Source of the DNA: Chrysomallon squamiferum
Lineage: Eukaryota > Animalia > Mollusca
Assembly (NCBI GenBank): GCA_012295275.1
Contig: CM022670.1
Coordinates: 12,958,001-13,022,000 of the forward strand
DNA: 64,000 nucleotides
Reading direction: 5' to 3'
Notes under the pieces: generated by a model
The model's database searches: none
What the model was told of the DNA's origin: nothing
Seen by the model: the letters and a program-made list of their open reading frames with translations, nothing else
Program-made: the position numbers and the translations under genes
Part shown: piece after piece, positions 1 to 14,900 of the stretch
How positions within the stretch are numbered: position 1 is the stretch's first letter
Layout of the letters: every line of letters starts with the position of its first letter

Positions 1-306
1 GAATCATTTATTCACTATGGTATGTTTGCCTGTCCCTTTTAATATCACAGAAAAGAAAAATTTAAAAATAATAAAATTTACTTCAATAACATAATTCTTA
101 CTTGTTTTTTCACCCTTACAAATAAAAATGGTTTTAACTTGATTTATTATATATATGTAATTTCATTTTTAGACTGTGAATACTTGCTGTAGCAGTTTAA
201 ATCAAATTTAATGTTGTAACTGATAGAAAGAATATACTGTAAACCAAGATCCCTTACTTGCCATTTTTCACAAATAATAATTTGGAAATTTAAAATGTTC
301 TTTTAG

Positions 307-476
307 AAATGAGTGAACGAACTCTGGGTTTGGAAGACTTACAGCAAAGACTTGTAGAGATTAGTGACAACATCAGTGATGCCAACAGCAATCTGAAAAA
401 ATGGGAAGACAAACTGCAAACACATCTCAGCATGGGGGCTGTATCAAAGGATCCAAAATATTACGACAAGATAAAA
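307..476 (+). CDS. MACF1: Spectraplakin exon w1 (spectrin repeat)
   Basis: ttttag|..ataaaa|gtattt; [15 protein letters not shown]...YYDKIK. Confidence 0.85.
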
Positions 477-3400
477 GTATTTAATATTTCAGTATATTGT
501 TTTCTTATTTTCTTTCTTTTTTTCAGTTTTATTTAATTTTTTTTTTTTTTGGTAATCTGAAGTATAGAACTTCTCAGAATCAAAGATCAAGTTAATATTG
601 TGTCTTAATTTATCATTTTCTTTTCTTTTTTTCTTTTATTTATTGTTTTTACCCTCATTATAATTTTTACCTTTATTTTTATTTTTATTTAGAAACTTTG
701 AGAATTAAGAAATATCAGTATTCAGTTTCAATTTGTAAAAGTGTTAAAAATAGTTCAAATTACATTAAATTTTTTTTTATTAAAAATGGTAATATATTAT
801 TATTGTTGCTATATAAGATTGCATTCAATTCAGTATTTAAATTGAATTAAATTTGTATCTTTCTGTACCATTCAGTCAATACAAGAGGATGTATCAGGAC
901 TCCAGTCTCAGCTTGACTACCTGGAGGCCCTCACTGACGGCATTGATGTTGATGTAGTTGATGCCTCAGGACCATCTGGTCTGCATGATGACATTTGTGC
1001 TATCAAAGACAAACAGCATCAACTACAGTCTGAGCTTGGAGAACTTCTTTCTGATATGGAGACTGGCTCACAAGTTGTTGAAGAATTCCAGGTATATTTT
1101 GGTTTTTGTTTCAAAATTTTATTGTTATAATATTGTAAACATTAAGTATTCATTTACTCTGATTATATATTATATTTTAGTCTTGTTATTTTGAATTTAT
1201 TTTTTTTATTTTTTTATTTTATATATAACAGCATATTTGTGTTTTGGAGGGCTTTTCTTGTTGTTTGTTTGTTTGTTGGTTTTTTGCTCTATTTTTCTTC
1301 TTTTTTTAATATTATTATTATTTTATTGTATATTTATTAATTTTTTATTAAATGTTTTATTTTTCATTTATTTTAATTTCTACTGTATTTTATGTTATTA
1401 TATTTGCAGAATCTCATGAAGTCAGTAGGAAATGACTTATCAGACATGGAAGATGAACTAAACAAACAAGAACCTGTAGCAAGAGATGACTACATGCTAG
1501 ACTCACAGAAAGATGAAATACAGGTAAAAAACAGTAGTCACAGAAATCACTTTTAAACAGTAACAATATAAAAATACAAATTTGTTAACAAACCTTTTTC
1601 AATCATGCAGAGCATCAAATTAGTCCGAAAATTAGTTCATAGACGTCAATATTACATTATCCCATAATATTTTGTAGCATAAATAGATTACAAAAACAGA
1701 AAAAGGCATAAGCCACTTGTTCTTGATGTGATCTAAGGATGTTTGTATTTGAATTTAAATTAAAATTTTAAATTTATTTCAGGATTTCATCACTCGACTT
1801 GGAGACAAAGCTGACGACCTTGTTGAAGTAGAAAACAAAGGCAGAGAACTGGTCAAATCAGGATATGTAACAGACCCACAGAAACTACAGTCCCAGGTAA
1901 AATACCCCCAAAACTTCCTTTTAAACTGAGATTTATTCTTTACTCATATTGCACTTTTTATTTTAACTGTTTTTGGGGGGGGTTTGGGGGTTTTTTGCTC
2001 TTATATTCCATTTTTTTATATATATAAGGTATTCTCATAAACCAAACCCTGAAATGATTGTGAGTTTAGTTATGATTATTCTTGGTTTCAGATTGATGGT
2101 TTGGCAAAGCATCATGAAAGGCTGGTCAGTCGAGCCAATCAGAGGAAAGCTGACATCCAGAATAACAAGAAAAAGGTGGAGAAACTGAACTCTGACCTTA
2201 AAAAGACAAGAGATCGAATTGAAGCTGCTGCTAAGGAGATTGACAGTTTCAAGCCTGTGGGAGGTCAGATCAAAGCAATACAGCAAGAACAGGCTGTACT
2301 GAAGGTGGGTAACTCATTTGGGATGAAGATAATGTTTGGAAGAGGTGGGCTTGAAAATTGGGTCTCAAAAACTTGATTCTTTTTCCAAACATTGTAATGT
2401 GTTAATCATTAATGTATATATGGATATTTGTTCTCATTCTGTATATCTGTTAGATTATATTTTTAAATTTTACTATTATCAGGACTTCATTAAGAGGAAA
2501 GTGGATCCACTACAGAAACAGTTTGAGGCAGTCAGTACTGATGGTCACAGCTTCATTCAGTCAGCACCATCTGGTGTTGACACGTCAGAAATGGAATCTG
2601 ATTTGGAGATACTGGGAGACAAGTGGTCAGAACTTGCTCAAAAGGTTTGTAATTTGCATCAGTGATGTTCCATTTCAGAAAAAAAGAAAAAAAGAAAGAA
2701 ATTTAAATTCCATTTTACTACTTGTATTTTATTAAGAGAATAAATGAAATGTATATTTGAAATGAATATAAATAAAAAAATTCTTTTTCAAAATCATAAA
2801 CAAAAAACAGCTAATCTTTGGAATTAGTTTGCTTAAGTCATATAGAACAGAATTCAGTGATTTTTTTTTTTTTTTTGAAGTGCATGTGTTCTTGTGGAAT
2901 AACAAAAAATATTTGAAAATAAATTGTTACTCTAATTAATATTAAATAATTATTTTTCCAGGTTTCAGAGAGAGAACAAAATCTTGCCTCTGCTTTCATA
3001 CATTCTGGAAAATTCAACGAAGCCCTGGACTCTCTCCTCTCCTGGTTGGCTGAGACAGAAGAGCTAGTAGCCAATCAGAAACCACCATCACCAGAACACA
3101 AAGTGGTCAAAGCACAACTCCAGGAACAGAAAGTAAGTTGACTCCTGTCCTTGGTATTAAAATCATTTAACTTTTCAATTATTATTATTATTATTATTAT
3201 TTATTAAATTAATTTTATTTTATTATTCTTATTTGTTGTTTTTTATGTTTTTTTTTTTTTTTGGGGGTCCTGAAATAGTGTGTTATACTATGTTATTCTA
3301 TTTTTCTTTCAGTAATTGATTCTTCGTAGTATTCCCTTATGTTAGAATGAACATGTAATAGAATATTATATAAATAAAATATGAAATGGAAATAAAACTG

Positions 3401-6400
3401 TAAATCTAAAACTGTTAATTAAATAAATTTATTACTAAATAACTATAATTATAACAACAACAACAACAACAACAGCAATGATAAATGACTTAACTCCACC
3501 TGTTGCAGTTTCTACAAAAGATGCTTATGGACCGAGCTCCCAGTGTGAAATCAGTACAGGAGTCTGCTGCCAAGTTGGAATCGGCATTAGATGGAGCTGA
3601 AAAACGAAATGCTCAGGAACAGATGAAGGAGCTTGCTGCTCGCTGGGATGCCCTGAACAGAAAGAGTTCAGACAGAATGAACACACTGGAGGAAGTACTT
3701 GTCCTAGCCAAAGACTTTCAGGATATTCATGACCCCATGTTATCCTGGCTAGATGAAAAAGAAAAGAAATTCACTTCCTTGGAACCAAAGTCTTTGGATA
3801 CTGAAGGAATTAAGAAGTTGGTTAAAGATCTGAAGGTTTGTTGTTTGATATCTGTATTTTTTTGTATAGGTTTTAAGTTGTTTTATATATAATTTAGCCA
3901 GTAAAAAGTCATTTTTTTTTTTTATTATTACGAATGACATTTTTTGAGTCAGAATATTTAAAAAGAGTAGTTGTAAATATTTAATCTTTTTTTATTAAAT
4001 GATAATAATAATAATATTACTATATTTATTAATTATTACATGTATTTTTATTACTCTTTGCAGGCACTAGAAAATGACATAGACAATAAAGATGACACTG
4101 TCCGTGACATTGCTGTTAAAGGAAAAGCTCTACAAGACTACTGCAAAGGTAAAACGACCATTCTAATAATTATTTCTTTATTAAACATGGCCTCACTACT
4201 AACAATGATTTACAAAAATGTAACACATTCCAAAAAGCTTTTCTTCTTAATTTAATGTCAGTTTTGGCATGGTCTTTTAATTTTGTAAACTTTTTCATAT
4301 CTGTATGACAGATAAAAGCTAATGTAATTTTCGATGAATTGTTTCATGGGATATTCATTCATACTTACATAAAGTAATTTTATTTAAAAATTAAATTATG
4401 AAATCATGGATAGCTACTTGTCATAGATATTAAGGATTAATTTTGATAATAATCTTTAACAATTTTACAGAACAAAAATAGTATATATTTTAAAAGAAAA
4501 TGAATCACAAGCAACATTTCCTTTTCAGGTGAAGATGTTGTTTCAGTACAGGTGAAGATAGATGACATTCAGAAGAGATACTGTGATCTCAAGAATAAGG
4601 TGGAGGACACCCTAGAGCAGATGGAAGAAGCACTGCCATTGGCTCAGAAGTTCCAGGATGCTCATGAAAAACTCATTGACTGGGTGGCCAGGGTGGAGCC
4701 TGAAGTGAGGACCAAGGATGTTAGTTGTCCCGAGGCAGAAGAACATGTACAGGTGTGTATCTTTGTGAGAAAAGATCTGAATACTTACATGTGTAGACAT
4801 GTGAAGATATATATATGCATATTTCTAAAATCCAAACTGCATGTATTACATTTCAAATGTTGGATTTTTAAATCTATAAAGCTCTCTGTATGACACAGTT
4901 ATTGTAGAAGATGCTGAGTTAAACAAGGATGAAAGTAGGTTTCTTTATGTATTCATAAATAAAAAATAAAAAGAAGAATATTAATAGTTATAAAAAAGGT
5001 CTTATTTAAAGAAATATAATAATTTAAAAAAAAAATTAAAAGGAAAACCATCTGATTTTGGAAAACAATCAACAGAAATATTTTACTTATTTTTTTTTGT
5101 TTTCTTTATTATTATTATTACTGAACAAAACTTAGGCATTTGGATCTAGTACATGTTTTCATTGTTTTTCTTGTACACAGAACTTGCTGGACAAGGTGGA
5201 GGAGATTCAGCCACTGCTTGAGGCACTGAACTCAGTTGGTTCAGAGTTATCAGATCTTGCTCCTGGAGACACAGGTCTTCGCGTGGAGGACCTTATTTCT
5301 AAGGACAACAAGAAATATGAAGATCTTAAGGACCAGGTCAACAAACTAGCCGAGAAAGTGCAGCTGTCAAGACAAAAATCCACCGAGGTAAAATTTGTGT
5401 TTTAATCTGAGATTGACAGTCCGTTATCTGCAAATATAACATCCACAAATCAAAATTTTTATTTTTATTATTTTTATTACTTCTTGTTGGTTTTTTTTTT
5501 TTTAATCAGATATAATATATTGTTGGAATATTTGTATATTTTAAATGTTAAATGTTTGCATATTTAGGTTATTGCTGAATTGGATGATCTTTCTGAATGG
5601 TTTGATGAAGAAGAAAATAAACTTCTTGACAGTGAACCAGTGAGCTCTAACTCCAGCAAACTACAGGGACAACTTGCACAGCAAAAGGTAGAAAATTACC
5701 GGTGTCAGATATCATTTAACAACAACAACAATATTAAAACACAGATAAATAGTTTCTTAAACAAATATTTCTTTATTTTATATTTGATTCACCATTAACA
5801 TTTCAGTATTCATGTTGTTAATAACAAGAAAACCTGAAAGCTGCATCTGAACATTTTAATATTGATGATGTTAATAATAAGAATTTATTTTTTTGTTTTC
5901 ACTCTCAGAGCATCTTAATTTCTGACTTGTTTGTAAATAACATTATTATTTTATTTAATAGGCAATTAATGATGACATCAACAGCCAGAAAGCCAAAGCT
6001 CGTGATGCTATTGCTATGGGTAAGAAGGTAATCCGAGAAAATGCCATTGATAATGAGACTCCAATCCGAGAAAAGATGGATGCCCTGAAACAGAAAGCTG
6101 ATGCTGTGTCACGGTTGAGTAATGACAGACTGGGAAAATTAGAGCAAGCACTGCCATTGGCCAAACACTTTGCTGACACACATGAAGATCTGGTGTCATG
6201 GCTGGAAGAAATTGAACCTGCACTGGCTGAGCTGGAGGTCATGACCATCAACTCAGACCAGGTGAAGAAACAACAGGAGCTTATCAAGGTTAGTTGTATA
6301 CCATCTTCTTTACATGTAATTTCATCTTGAGATTTAGTGAATTCTTTTCTTAACACTGTCATTATAACTGTCCTCTTTTAGGGATTTAATCATTTGTTGT

Positions 6401-7810
6401 TTCTTGTTGTTTTCTTTATTTCTTATTTGTTTTTGTGTTTTTATCATAATTTTGTTTTGACTGAGTGTTTGTGATTTTTATGAACTAAGTATTACATTTT
6501 TGCTTTTCAGTGGGTAAACAAAACATACAATTACATATTCATATGCATTGTAGCCCCAAAACATGGAGCATTTAATTAATAGAACAGATTATTTGTTCTG
6601 TAGTAAAAACATTTCCTTACTAACTTATTATTTGTTATTTATTCAGTCTCTTAAACAAGATGTAGTTGACCACAAGCCAACAGTGGACAAACTGAACAAG
6701 ACCGGCACAGCGTTGTTACAGCTGTGTGGAGAACAGGACGCAGACAAAGTTCAGAAAATACTCGATGATGACAACGGCAGAATTGAAAAGGTCCGAAATG
6801 GAGTCCGAGAGAGATCTAACTCCATTGATGAGGCTCTGCAGCAGAGTGCTGATGTGAGACATTCTATACGTTACATTTTCATACACACTGGTGCTTTTAT
6901 TTATTAACTTTACTTTTTTTCTGTTTGTTTCAGTGGGCTTGTTTAATTCATTTCAAGATATTTTTAAATGATATTTTAAGTGGCTGTTCTTATTTACTGA
7001 AATATTATTTTTCTTATTGTTTTTTTAAAAAAAGAAAAGAAAATATTGTTAAATTTAGATGTACATAATTTTTATCTGAACATTAGTAAATCAGAAATAG
7101 CTAGGATCGACATTCTTAATACATTATTTTATAAATAAAAAACACTTTAATAATTATTGCTGTTGACGGGAAATACCTTGTAAAAATCGATATACAACTT
7201 TATTATACAGTTCTCTGACAAGCTAGAAGACATGGTAGAAAACCTGACAGCTACATCTGAACAAGTAGCTAATGCTGAGCCCATCTCAGCTCACCCTGAC
7301 AAACTCAGAGAACAAATAGCAGAGAACAAGGTATGTTAATGTAGAGACAGTAGTAGTCTGGGGAAAACGTAGTAATTTGTAATGAAAAGGTGTTGAAAGG
7401 AAACCCTCATTCCCTCATATAAATAATTTAAAATTCCTTTTCAAATGTATTTTATTTATATTTTTGCTCATTTGTTATTGTTTTTATTTTTGTTTGTTTT
7501 GTTTTTTGTTTTGTTTTATATTGTGGTTGTTGCATTTTTTTCTTCATCTTGTGGTTGTTTTTGTAGGTGTTTTTAAATAATATTATGTTTTTAATGCCAT
7601 TTATATTGTTAATTTTTCATTTTTTGAAATTTTTATTTCATTTCATGTGATTGAGATGTTATATACAAAAATTAGCAAAACACAGCATAATATAAATTAG
7701 CATTTCATGTTCTCATCTACATTCAGATAAAAGTATTTTTTATTTGACTTAATGTTTCCTATTTTTAAGGCCATTTTAAAATTAATTACTAGTTCACACT
7801 TTCTTCTTTT

Positions 7811-7843
<33 letters not shown>

Positions 7844-10800
7844 CCAACTTCATCTATACAGTTACAGTAAATTATATTTAGTATTAATTTTGTTACATTT
7901 GTTAAATCTGTGTTGTTTTATAGAACGTTATTGAGGACATGCAGATGAGAGCAGCTGCACTGGAGTCAGTTCGAAACACAGCTGAGGAACTCTTGAAGCA
8001 AGCTGGAGACTTTGATGATGAAGCTGTCAAAGGTAAAAAAAAAAAATCATTTCTTTCATCTGAAAAACAATTTAATAATTGGAAATCCCTTTAATATCTA
8101 AAAAGAAATTTGATAATTTAAACAGGTAATGATTCTTAAAACTATTTTAGCTTTCAGTAGTATCATGGATATTACAAAAACAGATATTTAAATTATTCAT
8201 ACCAAATGTATTTGTAATTAACTCCTTTGTTTTAATAATTCAGAGATTGATTTAGACAAATTTAGTAGAAAATAACACTATTTTGTTTCCATAGAAATTT
8301 TTTGTTTAACTACAGTCTTTTAATTTCAAAGGTTACAGTATAATGCTATAATTATTTGTTTAAATCTTAGACGTAAAACAAAAGCTGGAAGAACTACTCA
8401 AGCTGTATGATGACATCAAGAACAACACAGACGACAGAGGGAAGAAACTGGAAGACACACTCGAAGTATCAGAGAAGTTCTGGGATGATCTCAACTCCTT
8501 GATGGGAACTCTAACAGAACTTCAGGAAAACATTGCCAGTCATGAACCACCAGCCATAGAGCCAGAAGCAATCAGAGAACAGCAAGAAGAACTTGAGGTA
8601 AGTCATCTTTTTTATTTATTTGTTTACTTATTTATTTATAATTTATAAACATATAGGATTTGATAAAAAGTAAAATGATTATGTTTAAAATAGTTTGTTC
8701 TGTCATGCATAGAAAGTAAAAATTTGGGATTTATATTGATTGGATGTTGATGCTAATTAGTAAGGAAAGTCTTTGAAATAATGTCAATGGATTTGCTCTT
8801 GTCAGTATTACACAAATAACTGTAAAAATTAAAACATGTTAATATTGTCTAGAAAATATCTATTCACTGTTATGTAGATGTTGGCACTGTTCCTTCATTT
8901 ATTATCATTCATTTGTTCTCATCTTTCAGGCTCTGAAGGAGGATCTCCATGCCACTCAAGCAGATCTGGAGGATACACACACAACTGGAGACCAGCTTAT
9001 TTCATTAATTGGAGAGACAGAGAAACCAGAAGTTCAGAAGAACATTGATGACCTGGATGCCAACATGGCCAATCTGAATGAGGAGTATGAAAAACGAGCC
9101 AAGACTCTACAAGAGGCTCTCACAAAGTCCCTGAAATTCCGTGATCAGCTGATGGTAATTTTATTTTTCTCTAAACTTGTAGTAAATACAATTCAGTTGC
9201 TATGTGTTTGATTCATTGCAGCATATTTGAATATATTTAGTCATATTAAGTGTTTATAGATCTCAGCATCAGAGCATATTGTTTCTGATAGAAGAAAGAG
9301 GATAATATTAATTATTGTCATGATCAAATTGTTGTTGTATGATGTAAATGACAGTGAAATTAATATTTTAAAAATTCTGATTGTTTGGTATTGCAGAAAC
9401 TCCTGGTTTGGCTGCAGAAGAAGGAAGAAAGATTGTGTGACCTTGATCCCATTGGCACTGATTTTGAAACCATCAAAGACCAGTGGCATGAACTTAAAGT
9501 AAGTTTAGAAATTTATATTTTATCTTTGGCTTCACTCATTAAAAATGTTATGTTGTAAATAGATAACTTGGGAAACTGTCATGTAATTTCTTTTGTTTTG
9601 CTTTCCAATATAATCTTTCATTCTGCAATTGCAAAGTGAAATCCATGGTTCTTTTGTTTTATTTGTTTGTTTGTTTATTAGATGTTGTTTTTTAAATTGC
9701 AGTAAGAAAAAGGAAATTCTTTATCCAGACTATACATAATGTTTTATTTTGTTTCATTTAGACATTCAAGGCAGAAGTTGAACCAAAACAGATAGAGATT
9801 GAGGCTCTGAATCATCAAGCTAATGAACTGGCCAAAGACACAACAGCTGAACAGGCTGCAGTTGTCAAAGAGCCGATGGTGGAGGTGAATGGACGATGGG
9901 ACCATCTAATGGGTGGAATCAATGAAAGACAGGTAACTGGTTTATATATTCTGCATTTTATGTCAGGAAATTGAAAGTTCACATTTTTATTATATTCTTT
10001 TTGTTTTTGATATATTTTATTTCACATTATAGTAAAACTATTAACAATTTTTAATTATATATTTTAGCGACAACTGCAGCTGGCTCTGTTGAACATTGGT
10101 CAAATTGACCATGCAATGAAAGAACAGATGTCATGGCTGGCTAAGACAGACAAAACACTGGACAATATTGAACCTGTTTATGGTGATCCAAGGATTGTAG
10201 AAATAGAACTGACCAAGTTAAAGGTAAATCTTGTAGCCAGAGCTTATTTTCAGTTTATTAATATACATTTCCCATTCCAGACACACATTGATCAAAAGCT
10301 GTGGTATGTGATTTTCAAGTTCATGAGAAGGTGTACATAAAGACTCTTCACTACTAATAGACTCTCATGATTCCAATTGCCATTTTAATATCATACATCT
10401 ACAGCTAAATCATTTTTAAATTATATGTATCAATTACAAAAACTTAATTTTTGAACCTATTTTTAAAATATCTTCTTACACGTTATCATTTAAAAAGAAA
10501 CTTGTACTTCATTAATTTTCTTTGTGATACACAAGAAAAAAAGTCTACATCTGGTATGATATTGGTATAAATTGTGAAACAAAAAATAAATATCAAAATC
10601 AACTGCAGGTGATAGAGAATGACATCAAGGCACATCAGCCAAGCTTTGACTCCATCAATGACGAGGCTCATAAGGTGATGGCAAGCAGTGGAGTGGCTGA
10701 AGCACAGGGACTGAGGCAGAAGCTGAATGATCTGAACAACAACTTTGACGATGTTGTAGAGAAAGCTGCAAACAAAAAGGCTCTGCTTGAAGGAGCACTA

Positions 10801-11937
10801 CAAGAGGTAAAAAAAATATATTAAAAAAATAATAATAATAATATAAATATTTCTTTTTAATCCAGATTTAGTTACTTTTTATATTTTTATTATTTTTTTT
10901 TTTTTACTTTTGAGGAATGTAACATATATTACATTATTCAATATTACAGTATTTGACCAGTATAAATGATCTTTTTAAAAATGTATTGTTTGTACACATA
11001 GGCCCAGGATTTCAGCAATGAACTACAAGATGTGCTGATGGCACTGGGAGAAGTCGACAGTCAGCTGATAACATCAAAACCTGTTGGAGGATTACCAGAA
11101 ACTGCCAAAGAACAACTGGAAAAATTCATGGTATGTGCCATTTTGAAGAAAAGAGTTTTAAAATAAATCTTTCTCATTTTTTTTACCATGCAAGATTTTA
11201 TTTGTTTAATTTTATTTTATCATTATTATTGCTTTTATATGATGAAAATATGGTATTAAATAAAATAATAAGTTTATTAAAAATGTGCTTATTTAATGGA
11301 AAATAAAAACTGTCTAAATGTTTTTCTTACTAACTAGTTTATTAATCTTTTGTTAACAGTATTTTGAAAATTATTATCATCCTTCAGACTGTTTTCTTTA
11401 CAAATCTATCATTAAAAGTTTTTTTCATATTAAATTTTAATATGTTGATAATTTTTGTTTTTAAAACAAATAGACACATTAACTATATATCAAGAGATTA
11501 TTTTCTTTGCTATTACATTATATTATTAATTTCCATAATGTGGTGAAGATATAGTTTTATCTTTACTAAATATTAATAATATTTTAAAAGACAAAAGTAA
11601 TAAGCCTGAATTATCAAACTTTAATATATGATTATCAACAAATTATAAAAATGATCATTTATGTTAAATGTGAATGATTGTATTACAGGATGTGTATGCA
11701 GATCTTGAAAACTTACACCCAAGAATACAAGAGACTCTTATCAAGGGAGAGAATCTCGCATACAAATCAACAGATCCAGCTGCAGAAAATCTGCGAAGTC
11801 GACTGAATGCTCTGCAGCAGAAGTGGCAACATGTGAAAAACAGAGCAGAGGACAGAAAGGTATCAAAACAGACATTTTTTTTTTAAAGTTTCATTTTGAA
11901 ATAATTTATTTCCTTTCTATATTCTTCTTCTTCTTAC

Positions 11938-11985
<48 letters not shown>

Positions 11986-14900
11986 GTTTGATCTAAAGAT
12001 TGATTTAAAATGTAAAAACATTTTTCCATAAATGAAGTATTAATCTTATTTTATTTTATTTTATATTTTACTCCATTTTATATTATTTTATTTTGTTTTG
12101 GGTTCTTTTTTATTTTTGTTTTGGTATGTTTTTATAGTATTATTAATATATTTTTTTTAATATTATTTTATCATATATGTTTTTACAATACTATTGTATT
12201 TTGTTTCTAATATTTTTTTTTTTTCTACATTATTGCTTTGCTTTAATTAACAGAAAAAACTTGAAGATGCTGAGAATCTTGCAGCTAACTTCCATGTAGA
12301 GTTAAACAAGTTTATAGCCTGGCTGACAGACACAGAGAAAACACTAAACAACCTGGAGCCAGTGAGCAGACTGGTTGACAGAGTCACCATACAAATAGAT
12401 GACCACCGGGTAAGTCACTGTTCTCATACACTAATTCAAAAAAAAAAGAGTAATAATAGTTAACCAAATCAAATAAATAGTAACTGAGATCTAATTTATT
12501 ATCAAACAAGATATAGCTCAGAATACTTAAATAAATTAACAAGCAAGATAAATAAAGTATTTTGTTAATTGATGAATTAGTATGAGTGGTGTTCCTCAGA
12601 GATTATCCTCCCCAGTAAAAGTATTTTTTTACAAAGAACTAATCCCCTGTGCCTGAGAAACAGATGTCTACCCTATAATCACAATAAGTGTTTTGATAGC
12701 AGTCATTAAGTATTATATAAGCTACTTTTACACCATTCTCTGGCCACATTCACATAAAATGGATCAGACAAGGCATAAGGCTGCAGACAGTAACAAAGAA
12801 AATGATGTAAGTTTTGTACTTTTTGTTATTTATTTATTTATTTATTTTTATTTATGTATATAATATATTTTCTTTTCATTTTTTTACTGAATATGTTACA
12901 GTATTAATGCATGTATACTAAGTGACATTTTCCAAACTGTATTACAATCACATTTATTTCATGTTTTACCCAATATTAAATGTCTAAAATTTAAACTTGT
13001 TTGTTTTCAACAGGTTCTTCAGAAGAATGTCAGCAAACATCGCGAGGCTATGATAGCACTGGACAAGATGGGAACACACCTGAAATATTTCAGTCAGAAA
13101 CAGGACGTGATCCTCATCAAAAACCTGCTGTCCAGCGTACAGCATCGCTGGGAGAAAATCGTGTCTCGCAGTGCGGAGAGAACACGTCATCTAGAGAGAG
13201 GATTCAAAGAGGCAAAGCAGTTCTATGACTTGTGGAAAGATCTCATCAACTGGCTGAAGGATGCAGATGTCATCATTAATTCTGATCAGCTGATTGCTAA
13301 CGAGCCTGACAAGATCAAAGCTCAGATTGCCAAACACAAGGTTGGTGAAATGGGATCAAAATATATTTATTATTTATTCTTCATAAGATGCAGAGCCTAT
13401 TAAAAAAAGGATATGGTGTGCATGTGAGTGTGTATGTTTTGTTTATTGATAGTATTTTTTTTTTTTTTTTTTTTTTATATTAATTTTAGTATGTGGCAGT
13501 GGTGCTGAAAGTGATTGTATTCTCCATACATACAGCAAAATAAAATGAAAAAAAAATTTTTTTTTATTAAACAAATTTTTTATTTTTGTTTTTAATATAC
13601 AATATTTTCAATGTAACGATTCTGTTTGACCTGTGCATACCAAAATGAAATAACTTTATGTTTATTACAACTACAGGAATTCCAGAAGAAACTAGGCTCC
13701 AAACAGCCCAAGTTTGACACTGTAAACAGAACTGGCAGAGTGCTGAAAGAAAGGTGTCCACCAGAAGATGTCCCCATAATTCAGCAGATGTTGAATGACT
13801 TGAAAACCAGATGGAACAATATCTGTGGGAAATCTGTTGACAGGTTAGTTAAAAAAAAATTAAAAAATGGAATTTTCTTTTCTAGCAATTTACTTCACAT
13901 TATATATAGGCTTATATAGGACTTAAAATGTGTAGAACTGAAATCTATGACAATTATGGTATCTGAAAAATATAATTTCTAGATCTTGAAAAAATAATAA
14001 TAATACATATTGTGGGATATTATGAAATTTTATATTCCTTAAAAAACAATACCTTACTACTCTCTTAGATAAACAGTGGAAATTTTGTATAGTTAATATC
14101 CCAAGATTTCTATTTTTTTATTCATATTCATTCATTTTTCATTTATGCACAGACAAAGAAAGCTGGAAGAAGCACTGTTGTTTTCTGGACAGTTCAATGA
14201 TGCATTTCAAGCTCTGCTTGACTGGTTGGCCAAAGTTGAACCAACACTGGGAGAGGACCAGCCTGTCCATGGTGATCTGGACACTGTCAACAGTCTGATG
14301 GATGCACACAAGGTAGAAACAAAAATATTAAATACCATAATTATTTTTTATTTTGTTTTGATGGAAAAACTAATTCAAACTCAACAGTTTTTTGAGGGGT
14401 GGTCATTTCATAAAATTTGTAATTAAGTTAGTTTAGAATTTTAAATTAAATTATGATAATAAATGAAAAGCATTTTTTTTTTTTTTTTTAATTTTACCAA
14501 ATGGTGCAGTTCTTTTTTAAACAGTTGCTGTTTTTGTTTTGTTTTTCTACCTGATTTAACAAGTTTTCATTATGCTTTAAGCTTTATCTATTTTTTTATT
14601 TGATCTTTGTTTAATATATTTTCCCTTTTTTAAAAGACATTCCAACAAGAGCTGGGTGCTAGAACAAACACAGTTCAGTTTGTAAGAAAATCTGCAAAGG
14701 AGCTGATAGAGAAATCCACAGAAGACACATCACAGCTGCAGGCTCAGCTCATAGAGTTGACCACCATGTGGGATCGAACCTGCAGACTCAGCGTTAGTAG
14801 GCAGGAGAGACTAGAACAAGCCCACAAACTGGTAAATTTTGCATAATGTTTTGACATCACTGTTCAAATGTTTATGAATCAATGCTTGGAATGACAGTTT

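Noticed and set aside
12590-12670. Possible intronic snoRNA hairpin (gttcctcag...ctgagaaac)
   Set aside because: Only a short imperfect stem; H/ACA or C/D boxes could not be placed convincingly.
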